A stretch of 64,000 nt of DNA from Patescibacteria group bacterium (GCA_027858235.1 JAQIDC010000028.1:11184-75183), one strand, 5' to 3'; positions 9,465 to 19,599 are shown, numbered from the stretch's first letter. The notes: generated by a model from the letters alone, not told the origin. Numbers and translations: made by a program.

Positions 9465-10097
9465 TTACGCTGCTAGCGAAACGGGCGTGGACCCTGTTGA
9501 AGAATTTTTTCTATTTCCAGTCTTTGTGATTGGGGTAACATTGTTTCTTTTCTCAACAACAGCATCATTCGATTTTGCCCTAGACCCAGAAGAAACCCCA
9601 CCAGAAGTTTTGCCAAGAGCAGTTACAATATGATCATTTTCATCACTATGTAAATAAGCACCAATACTACTTTCCTGATTTTCTTTTTTATCAGAAAAAA
9701 CATGAGAAACCCTGTTGTTTTTACTATTTTTTATTTCTTCTGCGGCGCCATTGCTGTCATTACCAGCTCTATTCATCTTAAGCTTTTCTCTCTTCGCCAT
9801 TCTTCTTAATTCACTTTTGCTCGGTTCGATATTCCCTTCTTTCTTCACTCCAAAAACTCTCGAAATTTCAGAAACGTTTTCTGCAAAATGCCTTCTATCC
9901 TTCACTGAAAGTCCCATGTCCTTTAGTTTTCTTAATGCTTGGAGCTTTGATGACCCTGATAGTTCGTCTGCAAAATACTTAACATGTGTATCCTTATTTA
10001 AAGATCCTGTCAATTTTGCCCCGGTGCTTCTTATTTTGGAGTCATAATTGCTTTTAAGTGAATCCATCAATAGTCTTTTATTGAGAGTATTTTTCAT
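9465..10097 (-). CDS. Hypothetical protein, largely low-complexity
   Basis: ATG (MKNTLNK) directly after the permease stop; ORF-track start at 10181 overlaps the permease. Confidence 0.6.
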   Translation of the reverse strand: MKNTLNKRLLMDSLKSNYDSKIRSTGAKLTGSLNKDTHVKYFADELSGSSKLQALRKLKDMGLSVKDRRHFAENVSEISRVFGVKKEGNIEPSKSELRRMAKREKLKMNRAGNDSNGAAEEIKNSKNNRVSHVFSDKKENQESSIGAYLHSDENDHIVTALGKTSGGVSSGSRAKSNDAVVEKRNNVTPITKTGNRKNSSTGSTPVSLAA

Positions 10098-10101
10098 ATT
10101 T

Positions 10102-11292
10102 TTATTTATAACGTAGAGCAACCAAAGCGCTAATACTCGCTGCTCTTTTAGCTGGATAAAAACCGGTAGCAAGTCCCACAACTGTTGAAAAAATAGTTAC
10201 CGTTGTTATGAACCAGATTGGGGTATAAAATAAATCTATTTTATCGCCTCCATAAGCGCCGGCCAGCATATTAATTATATTATTAAAAATCTCCCCGCCA
10301 AGCATTCCTATCAATATACCACTAACACCACCAGTAAATCCAATAATTACAGATTCTGACAAAAACATTTCCCATATATCAAGAGAAGTGGCTCCGAGGG
10401 CCTTCATAATACCAATTTCTTGAGTACGCTCAAGTAAAGCAATCGTCATGGTGTTAAACATTCCAATTGCCGAAACAATCAAAGCAATAACACCAAAGAG
10501 CGCAAGAACAATTTTGGCTACATTAAATATTTGGTTTGCCTGTTCAATAATATCAGACAAAGCACTCACTAAAAAGTTTTCATCAATTAAAAAAGCTCTA
10601 ACAATCTCAAGATTTTCTTCTTTATCTACTTTAACTTTAATTTTTGAAAAATCAACATCCCCAATTATTTCAACCAATGAATATGGTAAATATACAAAAC
10701 TAGAGTTTTCATCATCAGCAATGCCAACGATTTCAAAATCATCACCAAGCTCTACTAACTCCCTAACTCCACTTTTATCTGTTTCCTTGTAGGCTGAAAA
10801 ATTAATTTTCTTACCAATAGCCTCATCCTCTGCTATGCTAAATAATTGAAGAGAGGCTAGGGAAACAATAACTTTGTTCTTTTCATTTTCTCCATAAAAA
10901 TCCCCGTCTTTCAAAGTGGTTCCATCTAACCTGAAAAAATTGGAATCTACAAAATTTGCTATTACTTCGGACGAAACATCATTTGATTTCATTTGAGCTG
11001 ACATCGATACTAACGGAGATATTATTTCAACCTGCTGTATGGCTCCAATTTTTTCTACAGACTCTTTATTTAGACTTATTCCGTCCAAATCGGAAATAGT
11101 AACGTCGAGACTTAAAAGAGCGTCAGAGGTAGTAATTTGGCTTAAAATCACCCGTTGTAAACCATAACCAAGAGAAACTAAAAAGAGAATGGTTCCAATA
11201 CCAACACCAATACCCAATATTGTCAGGATGGTTCTAGAACGATTTGTTCTAAACATCCTTGTAGCTAATCTAAATAAATCAGGAACTAACAT
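10102..11292 (-). CDS. ABC transporter permease (MacB/FtsX family)
   Basis: RT.LTILGIGVG, ERTQEIGIMKALGA, YPAKRAA. Confidence 0.92.
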   Translation of the reverse strand: MLVPDLFRLATRMFRTNRSRTILTILGIGVGIGTILFLVSLGYGLQRVILSQITTSDALLSLDVTISDLDGISLNKESVEKIGAIQQVEIISPLVSMSAQMKSNDVSSEVIANFVDSNFFRLDGTTLKDGDFYGENEKNKVIVSLASLQLFSIAEDEAIGKKINFSAYKETDKSGVRELVELGDDFEIVGIADDENSSFVYLPYSLVEIIGDVDFSKIKVKVDKEENLEIVRAFLIDENFLVSALSDIIEQANQIFNVAKIVLALFGVIALIVSAIGMFNTMTIALLERTQEIGIMKALGATSLDIWEMFLSESVIIGFTGGVSGILIGMLGGEIFNNIINMLAGAYGGDKIDLFYTPIWFITTVTIFSTVVGLATGFYPAKRAASISALVALRYK

Positions 11293-11296
11293 TTTG

Positions 11297-12748
11297 TTAT
11301 TGAGGTATGTCGGAAGACTTTTGCGACATATCTTTATTATCTAGAGCAGAATACATTTGCTCTCTTTTTTTATCTAAAAATTTTCTATTCTGACTAACTC
11401 CAAATCCTAGGATTAATATAAGCTCAATCTCCTCTGAAACAGAACGGGCAGTCTTAGCATTGAGACCTACACCATCCTCACTGCTTGGTTTATCGAGAAT
11501 ATTGTACATTTCTGGTTTGTTGATTTTTTCACTTAATCTTTCAAAAACTGATTTTTCTAATTTTTTCTGTTTCTCTTCTGATGGGGCTTTTTTATAATCT
11601 GAAAAACATTCCCTAATTAAATATTTTGTTAAAATCTCAGCTTTTCTCTCAACTGGGAAAATGTCATGCAAGCCCTGTTCGTTCTTCGACTGTTTCCTTT
11701 CCTGATAAACAAATTTTGACATTTCCATTATTCTACCGACCCTCTCCGTAACCTTTCTAGCTGTTCTAATATCAAAACCAACTCCGCCATCCACGTAAGG
11801 TCTATTTAAAATATCAAGAAAATCATCCATCCCGACTGATTCACCTAAATATCTTTGCATCAAATCTTCAAAAATTTTCGTCTCCTCTGCGTTTCTGTTT
11901 GTTATGAAATGGTGAGTAAACATTTTTGCCTTATATGGCATTATTAAAATGTTAATCTGTTCTGGGGTGAGCCCTTGATAGGTCCTCATTAGAGCCTGTA
12001 GCTCATTTGTTGGTGCTTTTATTTCTTCTTCTTTTGCGTCTTTTATTTCACCTTTATTCTTGTTTATTTCTTCCTTAATAATAATACCGTCCTTTAGATA
12101 AAATATTCTATCTCCGTAAGAAAGATATTCTGGATTATGTGTTACAAGAACAATTGTTTTCTTCTCTCGCTCATTTAAGTCTTTAAAAATACCAAGTACA
12201 TTTTTAGCAGAAACTGAATCCAGATTACCAACTGGCTCATCAGCTAGAATAATCTCTGGGTTATTGATAATACACCTAGCGATACCTATTCTCTGTTGTT
12301 GACCACCAGACAATTCAGAAGGCAATTTATCGGCTTGTTTCCTGATGCCGAATCTCTCTAGAAGCTCCATCCCTGTTACCTCTCTCTTTTTCTTTCTACT
12401 GCTCAAAAATATCTGAGGTAAAACAACATTATCAAGAACAGAAAGACTAGTGATTAGATTATATGATTGGTAGACCATTCCAATAGTTTTTCTATGATAA
12501 TCAACATGCTCCCTCTTCGTCATATCGGAAATATCTCTTTCATAAACAAAAGCAGTCCCTTTGGCGGGTATTTCCAGTCCGGCTATAACATTCAAAAGGG
12601 TTGATTTTCCACACCCTGAAGGGCCATAAAGAATAACAAATTCCTCAGGAAAAATTTCAAGAGAAATATTCACTAGCGCTTGGTATTCATTTGACTGACC
12701 TTCGTTGTATATGAAATTAAGATTTTTAAGACGAAATATTGGTTTCAT
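11297..12748 (-). CDS. ABC ATP-binding protein (LolD/MacB-like) with long C-terminal extension
   Basis: GPSGCGKS, LSGGQQQR, ILADEP; about 250 extra aa containing an internal repeat. Confidence 0.9.
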   Translation of the reverse strand: MKPIFRLKNLNFIYNEGQSNEYQALVNISLEIFPEEFVILYGPSGCGKSTLLNVIAGLEIPAKGTAFVYERDISDMTKREHVDYHRKTIGMVYQSYNLITSLSVLDNVVLPQIFLSSRKKKREVTGMELLERFGIRKQADKLPSELSGGQQQRIGIARCIINNPEIILADEPVGNLDSVSAKNVLGIFKDLNEREKKTIVLVTHNPEYLSYGDRIFYLKDGIIIKEEINKNKGEIKDAKEEEIKAPTNELQALMRTYQGLTPEQINILIMPYKAKMFTHHFITNRNAEETKIFEDLMQRYLGESVGMDDFLDILNRPYVDGGVGFDIRTARKVTERVGRIMEMSKFVYQERKQSKNEQGLHDIFPVERKAEILTKYLIRECFSDYKKAPSEEKQKKLEKSVFERLSEKINKPEMYNILDKPSSEDGVGLNAKTARSVSEEIELILILGFGVSQNRKFLDKKREQMYSALDNKDMSQKSSDIPQ

Positions 12749-12810
12749 AATCAAAATAAGGAGTGTATAATCACTAATTTATTAATAACATTATACCATG
12801 TTAAAAGTAT

Positions 12811-12839
12811 AAAAAAAACCCCAAAAAAAGGAGGTTTTT
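12811..12839 (-). terminator. Probable terminator after secY
   Basis: AAAAAAAACCCC...GGAGGTTTTT hairpin. Confidence 0.5.
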
Positions 12840-12856
12840 CTATGAAATTTGTATTT

Positions 12857-14131
12857 TTATAATCCTTCGTATTCTCTCATTGTCAGTTGAGCCTCAATTT
12901 GTCTAACAGTTTCAATAACAACTGCTACTACAATCAAAAGGCTAGTACCACCGATAGCAAGCCCAGCGGCGCCACCGGAGAAATAGCCCAGTATCAAGGG
13001 CAAGACTGCAATTGAACCCAAGAATAGAGCTCCGATAAATACTATTTTATGAGTAGTGTTAGCTAAGTACTCAGCGGTATGTCTTCCTGGTCTAATCCCT
13101 GGAATAAATCCACCTTGCTTTTGCAGATTTTCAGCAATTTGGTCGGGATGAAAAATAATTTCTGTATAGAAATATGTAAAAGCAAACACAAGAACAAAAT
13201 ACAAGAAACCATAAATAAGCTGATTTGCGAGGACATCTATTATCCATTGAGAAAAATTAGCAATCCAGGCCGTTTCTGCATGAAGAAAGAACTGAGCAAC
13301 CATCGATGGAAATAAAACAACAGATATAGCAAAAATAATTGGAATAACACCAGCCATATTAACTCTTAAAGGTAGATGGGTGGTTGTGCCACCAAACGAT
13401 CTATTACCACGAACTTGTTTAGCATACTGCACTGGAATATTTCTTTGTCCTTCCGTTATCCAAACAACACCTAAAACAGTTACAACAGCGACAAGTGCAA
13501 ATCCGATAATAGTAGTTAGCTGACTTGGATCGAAGTTAACGACAATTCCCTGCAGTGTTTGTGGAAAACTAGAAACAATTCCTGCAAAAATCAAAAGAGA
13601 GATACCATTACCAATATTCTTTTCCGTAATAAGCTCACCTATCCACATAAGGAATATTGTACCAGCAGTTATAGTTAGAACCATTGAAAAAATATCAAAA
13701 GGTGTAACATTGATAAGTATTCCGGTATTTGATCTTTGGAGTAAAATAACCATTGAGAATGCCTGTAGGGCAGCCAATGGAACTGTTGCCCAACGTGTCC
13801 ACATACTTATTTTTTGTTTTCCAGCTTCTTCCTTTTGCATTTCTTCAAGCTGAGGAACTATCATGGCTAACAACTGAAAAATAATAGAAGATGTAATATA
13901 TGGAGCTATGCCCATCATCACAACAGAGAAGTTAGCCATACTACCACCAGAAAATACATTCAATAGACCAAGAACCTGATTTCCACCAAAAAACTCTCTG
14001 AGGGCCATCACATCAACCCCTGGAATTGGGATATGAGCGGCAAACCTAAAAATGACAAGCATCCCTACAACGAATAGGATGTTTTTTCTTAAATCCTTTA
14101 TTTTCCAAATTTGAACAATTTTATTGATCAT
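12857..14131 (-). CDS. secY: Preprotein translocase SecY
   Basis: HIPIPG, GIAPYITSSII, GNGISLLIF, AGVIPIIFA, GGFIPGIRPG, GGTSLLIVV. Confidence 0.98.
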   Translation of the reverse strand: MINKIVQIWKIKDLRKNILFVVGMLVIFRFAAHIPIPGVDVMALREFFGGNQVLGLLNVFSGGSMANFSVVMMGIAPYITSSIIFQLLAMIVPQLEEMQKEEAGKQKISMWTRWATVPLAALQAFSMVILLQRSNTGILINVTPFDIFSMVLTITAGTIFLMWIGELITEKNIGNGISLLIFAGIVSSFPQTLQGIVVNFDPSQLTTIIGFALVAVVTVLGVVWITEGQRNIPVQYAKQVRGNRSFGGTTTHLPLRVNMAGVIPIIFAISVVLFPSMVAQFFLHAETAWIANFSQWIIDVLANQLIYGFLYFVLVFAFTYFYTEIIFHPDQIAENLQKQGGFIPGIRPGRHTAEYLANTTHKIVFIGALFLGSIAVLPLILGYFSGGAAGLAIGGTSLLIVVAVVIETVRQIEAQLTMREYEGL

Positions 14132-14143
14132 AGGGTTTTAAAT

Positions 14144-14629
14144 TTATTTTTTTGACTTTGTTTTTTCAGCTGAATTCTTCTTTTTCTCTATAGTAATTTT
14201 AGCTCCAAGCTTTTCAGCTTTTTCGCGAGCAGAATCACTTAATTTGATATTATGAAATTTTAAATTCTTAATTTTAAGAACACCGTTCCCTAAAATTTTA
14301 ATCTCTTTTTTATAGTTATTTACTAAACCATTTTTTAACAAAGTTTTAGCATTAACAATTTCAGATTCTTTGAAATATTTGTTTAATTCTGAAATATTTA
14401 TAACTTGATCCTTTGGCTTAATTGATTTAAACCCTTTCATCTTTGGGGTTCTTAATAAGGTTTGTTTCATTCCAAGTTTTTTCAAACCGGAAACACCAGA
14501 TCTTGATTTCTGTCCTTTTTGTCCTTTTCCACTATAAGTCCCTGTGCCAGAAGCATTCCCTCTCCCTACTCTTCTTCTTTTTTTAGTTGACCCGGCTTCG
14601 GCCTTAATTGTATTCAATGATAACGCCAT
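14144..14629 (-). CDS. rplO: 50S ribosomal protein uL15
   Basis: RRVGRG.ASGTG.YSGKGQKGQKSRSG. Confidence 0.96.
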   Translation of the reverse strand: MALSLNTIKAEAGSTKKRRRVGRGNASGTGTYSGKGQKGQKSRSGVSGLKKLGMKQTLLRTPKMKGFKSIKPKDQVINISELNKYFKESEIVNAKTLLKNGLVNNYKKEIKILGNGVLKIKNLKFHNIKLSDSAREKAEKLGAKITIEKKKNSAEKTKSKK

Positions 14630-14643
14630 AATATTTTATTTAT

Positions 14644-14697
14644 GGGATTGTTAGTAAATATAAACTTATTACTAAGCTAATATTTAATAGCAGTCCC
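14644..14697. other. Intergenic hairpin at the position normally occupied by rpmD
   Basis: GGGATTGTTAGTAAATAT...ATATTTAATAGCAGTCCC. Confidence 0.5.
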
Positions 14698-14726
14698 TTT
14701 ATACAGTATAATTTAAATTACTTTTT

Positions 14727-15497
14727 TTAGCTAGTTTTTTTAACAGCTGGAGTTTTTGTTGGAATATTTTTTGGAACTTCCTTATTTTCAACCGGCTTTT
14801 TTTTCGGCTCTCTTTTCTCCACCTTCTTCAAGCTAGACAGAGCTTCAATTGTACATTTAGCAATACTAACTTTATTGTTCGTTCCAAGAATTTTACTAGT
14901 AATGTTAGTAACGCCGGCAAGCTCCAAGATAATACGAACAGCGCCACCAGCAATTACACCCTTACCTTTTCTAGCTGGTTTAAAAAGAATTTTAGCAGCT
15001 CCTGTCTTTTGATAAATTTCATGTGGAATTGTTTCATTTATAATAGAAACATCTATGATTTCTTTCTTGGCATTTGCTACTGCCTTTGAAACTGCAAGAG
15101 TAACATCAGCACCCTTAGCTAGTCCAATTGCAACTTTTCCTTTCTTGTTTCCAATAGCAACACAAGCTCTAAATCTCATCCTTTTTCCTCCTGCCATCAC
15201 ACGAGTAACTCTAGCTAGATCAACAATTTTTTGCTCAAATTCATCTTGAGGTTTATCTCTTTCAAAATTCTTTTTTCTTTTTTTAGCAAATTTCTTTTCA
15301 CCATAAACAGACTTCCCAACAGTATTTTTGGCAACGATTGCTTTTTCACCTGTTTTTGCTACCTCTGCTTTTTCTTTCGCAACCACTGAAGATTCTGGCT
15401 TTTGGGCTAAGGCCTTGCCATCTTTGTGACCCAGGTCACTTTTTCTGACTTCGCCATTCACCTTGTTTTCTTTGGTAACTTGTTTTTCTTCTGCCAT
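14727..15497 (-). CDS. rpsE: 30S ribosomal protein uS5 with long N- and C-terminal extensions
   Basis: RVTRVMAGGKRMRFRA, GVIAGGAVR. Confidence 0.96.
   Translation of the reverse strand: MAEEKQVTKENKVNGEVRKSDLGHKDGKALAQKPESSVVAKEKAEVAKTGEKAIVAKNTVGKSVYGEKKFAKKRKKNFERDKPQDEFEQKIVDLARVTRVMAGGKRMRFRACVAIGNKKGKVAIGLAKGADVTLAVSKAVANAKKEIIDVSIINETIPHEIYQKTGAAKILFKPARKGKGVIAGGAVRIILELAGVTNITSKILGTNNKVSIAKCTIEALSSLKKVEKREPKKKPVENKEVPKNIPTKTPAVKKTS
15427..15467 (-). repeat. 41-bp coding-inserted element, copy in the uS5 N-extension
   Basis: AACAAGGTGAATGGCGAAGTCAGAAAAAGTGACCTGGGTCA; homologous to 18834-18874 and 26373-26455. Confidence 0.7.
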
Positions 15498-15518
15498 ATT
15501 ATATTTATCTAATTATTA

Positions 15519-15881
15519 TTAAAATATTAAACCACCCTCACGTGCACCGTTAGCTAGAGCCTCAATTCTACCATGATACTTGAATGAGCCTTTATCAAAA
15601 ACAACTTTTTCTATCTTTTTTTCGATAGCTTTTTTAGCTAATAACTTTCCAATTTCAAAACTTTTAGTTTTTTTATCACCTTCAATTTTTATTTCTTTTG
15701 AGTTAACACTAAGAATAGTGATTCCCTTTGTATCATCAATCAACTGAACAAACATGCCTTTATTTGATTTAAAAACTGATATTCTTGGTCTGACTGAAGT
15801 ACCAGAAATTTTAGCTCTAACTCGAGCATGTCTTCTGGCTTTTTTAACTTGTTTATTTTTTTCTTTATTATTCATATACAA
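15519..15881 (-). CDS. rplR: 50S ribosomal protein uL18
   Basis: RPRISVFKSN, VVFDKG.FKYHGRI. Confidence 0.96.
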   Translation of the reverse strand: MYMNNKEKNKQVKKARRHARVRAKISGTSVRPRISVFKSNKGMFVQLIDDTKGITILSVNSKEIKIEGDKKTKSFEIGKLLAKKAIEKKIEKVVFDKGSFKYHGRIEALANGAREGGLIF

Positions 15882-15891
15882 ATTTTATTTA

Positions 15892-16437
15892 TTAATCAGT
15901 CTTACCTGCTGTTTTACCAGCCTTTCTTCTAATTATTTCATCAATATATTTAATACCTTTCCCTTTATAAGGTTCTGGCTTTTTAACTTTTCTGATTTGA
16001 GCTGCTGCTTCGCCAACTAATTGTTTATCGATTCCTGAGATTGTAATAATATTAGCTTCGACCAATGCAGTAATCCCCTCTGGCAACTCATAATCGACTT
16101 GATGTGAAAATCCAACATTCAAAACTAACTTGCGGCCCTGCAATGCTACCTTATAACCAACCCCGTTTATTTCTAGCTTTTTTTCAAAACCATCGTTTAC
16201 ACCAACAACCATATTATTAATAAGACTTCTATAGAGACCCCAAAATGATTTTTCTTTTTTACTCTCAATATCTTTAATACTCACAACAATTTCTTTTTCT
16301 GAGATATCAATTTTGACCATTTTATTAGTTCTTTCTTTCAGTTCCCCTTTAGGCCCTGTTACAACTATAAAATCTCCATCAATTTTTGCTTGAGTACCAC
16401 TTGGTAATTCTATTGGTAATTTTCCTAATCTAGACAT
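15892..16437 (-). CDS. rplF: 50S ribosomal protein uL6
   Basis: MSRLGKLPI, PEPYKGKGI. Confidence 0.97.
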   Translation of the reverse strand: MSRLGKLPIELPSGTQAKIDGDFIVVTGPKGELKERTNKMVKIDISEKEIVVSIKDIESKKEKSFWGLYRSLINNMVVGVNDGFEKKLEINGVGYKVALQGRKLVLNVGFSHQVDYELPEGITALVEANIITISGIDKQLVGEAAAQIRKVKKPEPYKGKGIKYIDEIIRRKAGKTAGKTD

Positions 16438-16464
16438 AATATTTTAATTAATCAATTTATTATT

Positions 16465-16875
16465 TTAGTAAACTTCACAAAGAACTTCTCCACCAAGTTG
16501 TTTCTTTCTTGCTTCTTTGTTAGTCATAACACCTTGAGATGTCGAAATCACAGCTATCCCGTGGTTATTGAGAACTTTCGGAAGTTCACTTTTCCCAACA
16601 TAAACTCTGAGACCTGGTTTTGAGATTCTTTTTATTGCGTTTATAGTAGATTTACCACTTTTTTTGTATTTCAAGACAAGCTTAAGCTCATCAAAAGATG
16701 ATTTTGATTCATCCTTAGATGCTTTTACTACCTCAGCCTTCTGTATCCAACCTTCTTTCTCTAGTGTCTCTGCAACCCGGAATTTAAGTTTACTCATAGG
16801 CATGGTCACATCAGATTTATTTACAGCAGAAGCATTTCTTATTCTTGTTAACATGTCTCCGATAGGGTCTGTCAT
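16465..16875 (-). CDS. rpsH: 30S ribosomal protein uS8
   Basis: TDPIGDMLTRIRNA, SKPGLRVY. Confidence 0.97.
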   Translation of the reverse strand: MTDPIGDMLTRIRNASAVNKSDVTMPMSKLKFRVAETLEKEGWIQKAEVVKASKDESKSSFDELKLVLKYKKSGKSTINAIKRISKPGLRVYVGKSELPKVLNNHGIAVISTSQGVMTNKEARKKQLGGEVLCEVY

Positions 16876-16918
16876 ATTTTTTATATAAAATTACTTATTT
16901 ATTATTTTTATCAATTGC

Positions 16919-17104
16919 TTACCAAGATGATCTGGTAATTCCTGGAATATCACCATTTTCCGCCAACTCACGAAAGCAAATTCTGCATAAATTAAAATCC
17001 CTCATATAAGAATGATTTCTACCGCACTTCCAACATCTTCTCACAATTCTTGTTGAAAACTTTGGAGTTTTTTTTGATTTTGCAATTAAAGCTTTTCTAG
17101 CCAT
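16919..17104 (-). CDS. rpsN: 30S ribosomal protein uS14 (Zn-binding type Z)
   Basis: RCWKCGR...LCRICFRE. Confidence 0.96.
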   Translation of the reverse strand: MARKALIAKSKKTPKFSTRIVRRCWKCGRNHSYMRDFNLCRICFRELAENGDIPGITRSSW

Positions 17105-17116
17105 ATATATTATTTA

Positions 17117-17168
17117 ACCCTGTGGAATCTTGCCTAGCAAGAATTTTTTCAAAATTATTCCACGGGGT
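17117..17168. repeat. Structured spacer element family A, copy 1 (upstream of rpsN)
   Basis: ACCCTGTGGAAT-CTTGCCTAGCAAG-AATTTTTTCAAAATT-ATTCCACGGGGT. Confidence 0.85.
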
Positions 17169-17179
17169 GAAATTATTTA

Positions 17180-17713
17180 TTATTTTTTAAATGGGAATCC
17201 CATTAAATGAAACAATTCTACTCCCTCTTCTTTTGTTTTTGCTGTAGTTGAAATACAGATTTCCAGACCATGCAATTTCTCAAGATCATCTGCTTTAACT
17301 TCTGGAAAGGCTGAATTATCTTTAAAACCTATGGTAATATTTCCAGTTCTATCAATACCTTTATCGCTAATCCCTCTAAAATCTCTCACACGAGGAAAAG
17401 TTACATAAACTAGCTTCTCAAGGAAGTCATACATTTTAGATGATCTCAGTGTTACCTTCGCTCCAATAATCATTCCTTCTCTAACCTTAAAAGAAGCGAC
17501 AGACATCTTAGCTTTTGTTAAAACTGGTCTTTGTCCTGAGATTCTAAGTAATGTTTCCTGAACATTCTTAACATAATCTTTATCCTTTGAATGTCTTCCA
17601 AAGCCAACATTGATTACAATTTTTTGTATCCTAGGTGCTTGAATTTTATTTTTATACTGAAATTTTTCAATCAATTTTGGTAAAACTTCTTTGGTATAAT
17701 ATTCTTTTATCAT
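17180..17713 (-). CDS. rplE: 50S ribosomal protein uL5
   Basis: KIVINVG, ISGQRP, PRVRDFRG; start chosen at MIKEYY. Confidence 0.96.
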   Translation of the reverse strand: MIKEYYTKEVLPKLIEKFQYKNKIQAPRIQKIVINVGFGRHSKDKDYVKNVQETLLRISGQRPVLTKAKMSVASFKVREGMIIGAKVTLRSSKMYDFLEKLVYVTFPRVRDFRGISDKGIDRTGNITIGFKDNSAFPEVKADDLEKLHGLEICISTTAKTKEEGVELFHLMGFPFKK

Positions 17714-17770
17714 AATATTTTTACTTGACATTACCTACTATATTGCAGGGGCTTGCCATAAATTTTCAAA

Positions 17771-18103
17771 TTAATTTAACGCTTGATCACATTTCTTACA
17801 GTATCTAATCTTCCTCTTTGATTTTTTACCATCTTTCTCAAGCTCAATATATTTATAAGTAACTCTAGCTGGTTTTGAACATTTTGGACAAACTAGCATT
17901 AAATTAGAAATATTGAGAGGAGCTGGAAATTCTATTCTCTGACCTTGTTCTCCTTGTTTCCTTGGTCTTAAGTGTTTGATTAATATATTAATCCCTTCAA
18001 CACTTACTCTTTGCTTCTCTGGAAATATCTGTAAAACTTTCCCTGTTTTCCCTTTATCTTTCCCTGCCAAAACTTTAACCTTGTCGCCTTTAATTATTTT
18101 CAT
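17771..18103 (-). CDS. rplX: 50S ribosomal protein uL24
   Basis: GDKVKVLAGKDKGK KOW motif; C-terminal CPKC...CKKC. Confidence 0.96.
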   Translation of the reverse strand: MKIIKGDKVKVLAGKDKGKTGKVLQIFPEKQRVSVEGINILIKHLRPRKQGEQGQRIEFPAPLNISNLMLVCPKCSKPARVTYKYIELEKDGKKSKRKIRYCKKCDQALN

Positions 18104-18125
18104 ATTATTAGTAGTTTATTTATTT

Positions 18126-18497
18126 TTACAAAACCTCAGGAGCAAGAGAAGCTATTTTAAAATAACCAGCTCTCCTCACTTCACGAGCAATTGGCCCGAA
18201 AATCCTAGTTGCCTTTGGTTCCTTTTTCTCTTTATCAATAATCACGCAAGCATTATCATCGAATCTGAGATAAGTTCCATCCGCTCTCCTAATCTCTTTT
18301 TTTGTTCTTACAATCACTGCTTTTACAACATCGCCTTTTTTAATAGGTGTGTGTGGAGCTGCTTCCTTAACTGCACAAGTAACCACTTCGCCTACTCCGC
18401 CGTATCTTTTTTTATAACCACCATGCACTCTAATAACCAACACTCTTTTAGCGCCTGAATTATCAGCTACTTTAATTTTTGATTCTACTTGGATCAT
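18126..18497 (-). CDS. rplN: 50S ribosomal protein uL14
   Basis: [26 protein letters not shown]. Confidence 0.98.
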   Translation of the reverse strand: MIQVESKIKVADNSGAKRVLVIRVHGGYKKRYGGVGEVVTCAVKEAAPHTPIKKGDVVKAVIVRTKKEIRRADGTYLRFDDNACVIIDKEKKEPKATRIFGPIAREVRRAGYFKIASLAPEVL

Positions 18498-18540
18498 ATT
18501 CTTATTATAATTTTTGAATTTCTAATTTTTATATATTGAG

Positions 18541-18792
18541 CTATTTTGACAATACTCTCCATCTTTTGTCACGACTCAATGGTCTACATTCTACAAATGA
18601 AACCTTATCATCTGTCTTGAATTTGTTTTCTTCATCATGAACTTTATATTTTTTTGACATCGTATACCTTTTTTTATATTTTGGGTGAATTTTCACAGTG
18701 TCTACGCTAACAACAATAGTTTTGTCCTGCTTATCACTAACAACGACACCATTAAATTTCTTCTTAATTGTTTTTTTTTCTTTGTTATTCAT
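18541..18792 (-). CDS. rpsQ: 30S ribosomal protein uS17
   Basis: GVVVSDKQDKT, HPKYKK, ECRPLS. Confidence 0.96.
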   Translation of the reverse strand: MNNKEKKTIKKKFNGVVVSDKQDKTIVVSVDTVKIHPKYKKRYTMSKKYKVHDEENKFKTDDKVSFVECRPLSRDKRWRVLSK

Positions 18793-18833
18793 AAATTTAT
18801 TTTAAAACTTGAAATAATTATCTTGTGTCAACT

Positions 18834-18874
18834 TGGCTTAGGCCACGTTCCCTGATCTAATCATTCACCTTGTC
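18834..18874 (-). repeat. 41-bp element, copy overlapping the rpmC 3' end
   Basis: GACAAGGTGAATGATTAGATCAGGGAACGTGGCCTAAGCCA; 28/41 identical, ungapped, to the uS5 copy. Confidence 0.6.
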
Positions 18875-19090
18875 TTTATCGTCATCTTTTGATGTTTCTT
18901 CTATATCTTTCTTTGAATTAAACAATGTTAATATTTTTGCAACTGTTTTTTTACCTTCTCTAATTTCTCTAATATTTTTTAATTGTTTATTCGCATCTTT
19001 AAACCTTAGCTCTCTTAGCTTGTCTCTAGTTTCAGCTAAAAGTCTATGTAAATCGTTTTCTTTTTTTTCCTTTAATTCTTTAATCTCCAT
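18857..19090 (-). CDS. rpmC: 50S ribosomal protein uL29
   Basis: LRELRF...QLKN..IRE.KK.VAKILT; lies between rplP and rpsQ. Confidence 0.93.
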   Translation of the reverse strand: MEIKELKEKKENDLHRLLAETRDKLRELRFKDANKQLKNIREIREGKKTVAKILTLFNSKKDIEETSKDDDKDKVND

Positions 19091-19129
19091 ATATTTACTT
19101 GCCACGCTTATTTTTAGGCGTGGGTCTAA

Positions 19130-19537
19130 TTAATCTTTAGCAATAAATTTACACTTAACAGGAAGTTTATGAGCGGCTTTTTCCATGGCTTCTTTTGCCA
19201 TGTCATTCTCAACACCATCCATTTCAAAAAGCATTGTTCCGGCCTTAACAACGGCTACATAATGGTCAACCGCGCCCTTACCTTTACCCATAGGGATTTC
19301 TCCACCTTTTTGAGTTCTTGGTCTATCTGGAAAAATTCTAATCCAAATCTTACCGCCTCTTTTTGTAAATCTAGTCATAACTCTCCTGGCAGCTTCAATT
19401 TGTCTTGATGTTATCCAGTGGGCTTCTTTTGATTGAAGACCAAAGCTTCCAAAACTTACTTTCATTTTTCTTGTTGCCTTGCCTCCTCTTTTTGGAGCAT
19501 GCGACTTTCTATATTTAGTTTTTTTTGGCATCAACAT
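19130..19537 (-). CDS. rplP: 50S ribosomal protein uL16
   Basis: MLMPKKTKYRK, QIEAAR, WIRIFPD, MGKGKG. Confidence 0.97.
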   Translation of the reverse strand: MLMPKKTKYRKSHAPKRGGKATRKMKVSFGSFGLQSKEAHWITSRQIEAARRVMTRFTKRGGKIWIRIFPDRPRTQKGGEIPMGKGKGAVDHYVAVVKAGTMLFEMDGVENDMAKEAMEKAAHKLPVKCKFIAKD

Positions 19538-19546
19538 ATATTATTT

Positions 19547-19599
19547 ACCTCTGTGAAATCTTGCTTTGCAAGAATTTTTTAAAAATTATTCCACGGGGT
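19547..19599. repeat. Structured spacer element family A, copy 2 (upstream of rplP)
   Basis: ACCTCTGTGAAAT-CTTGCTTTGCAAG-AATTTTTTAAAAATT-ATTCCACGGGGT. Confidence 0.85.
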
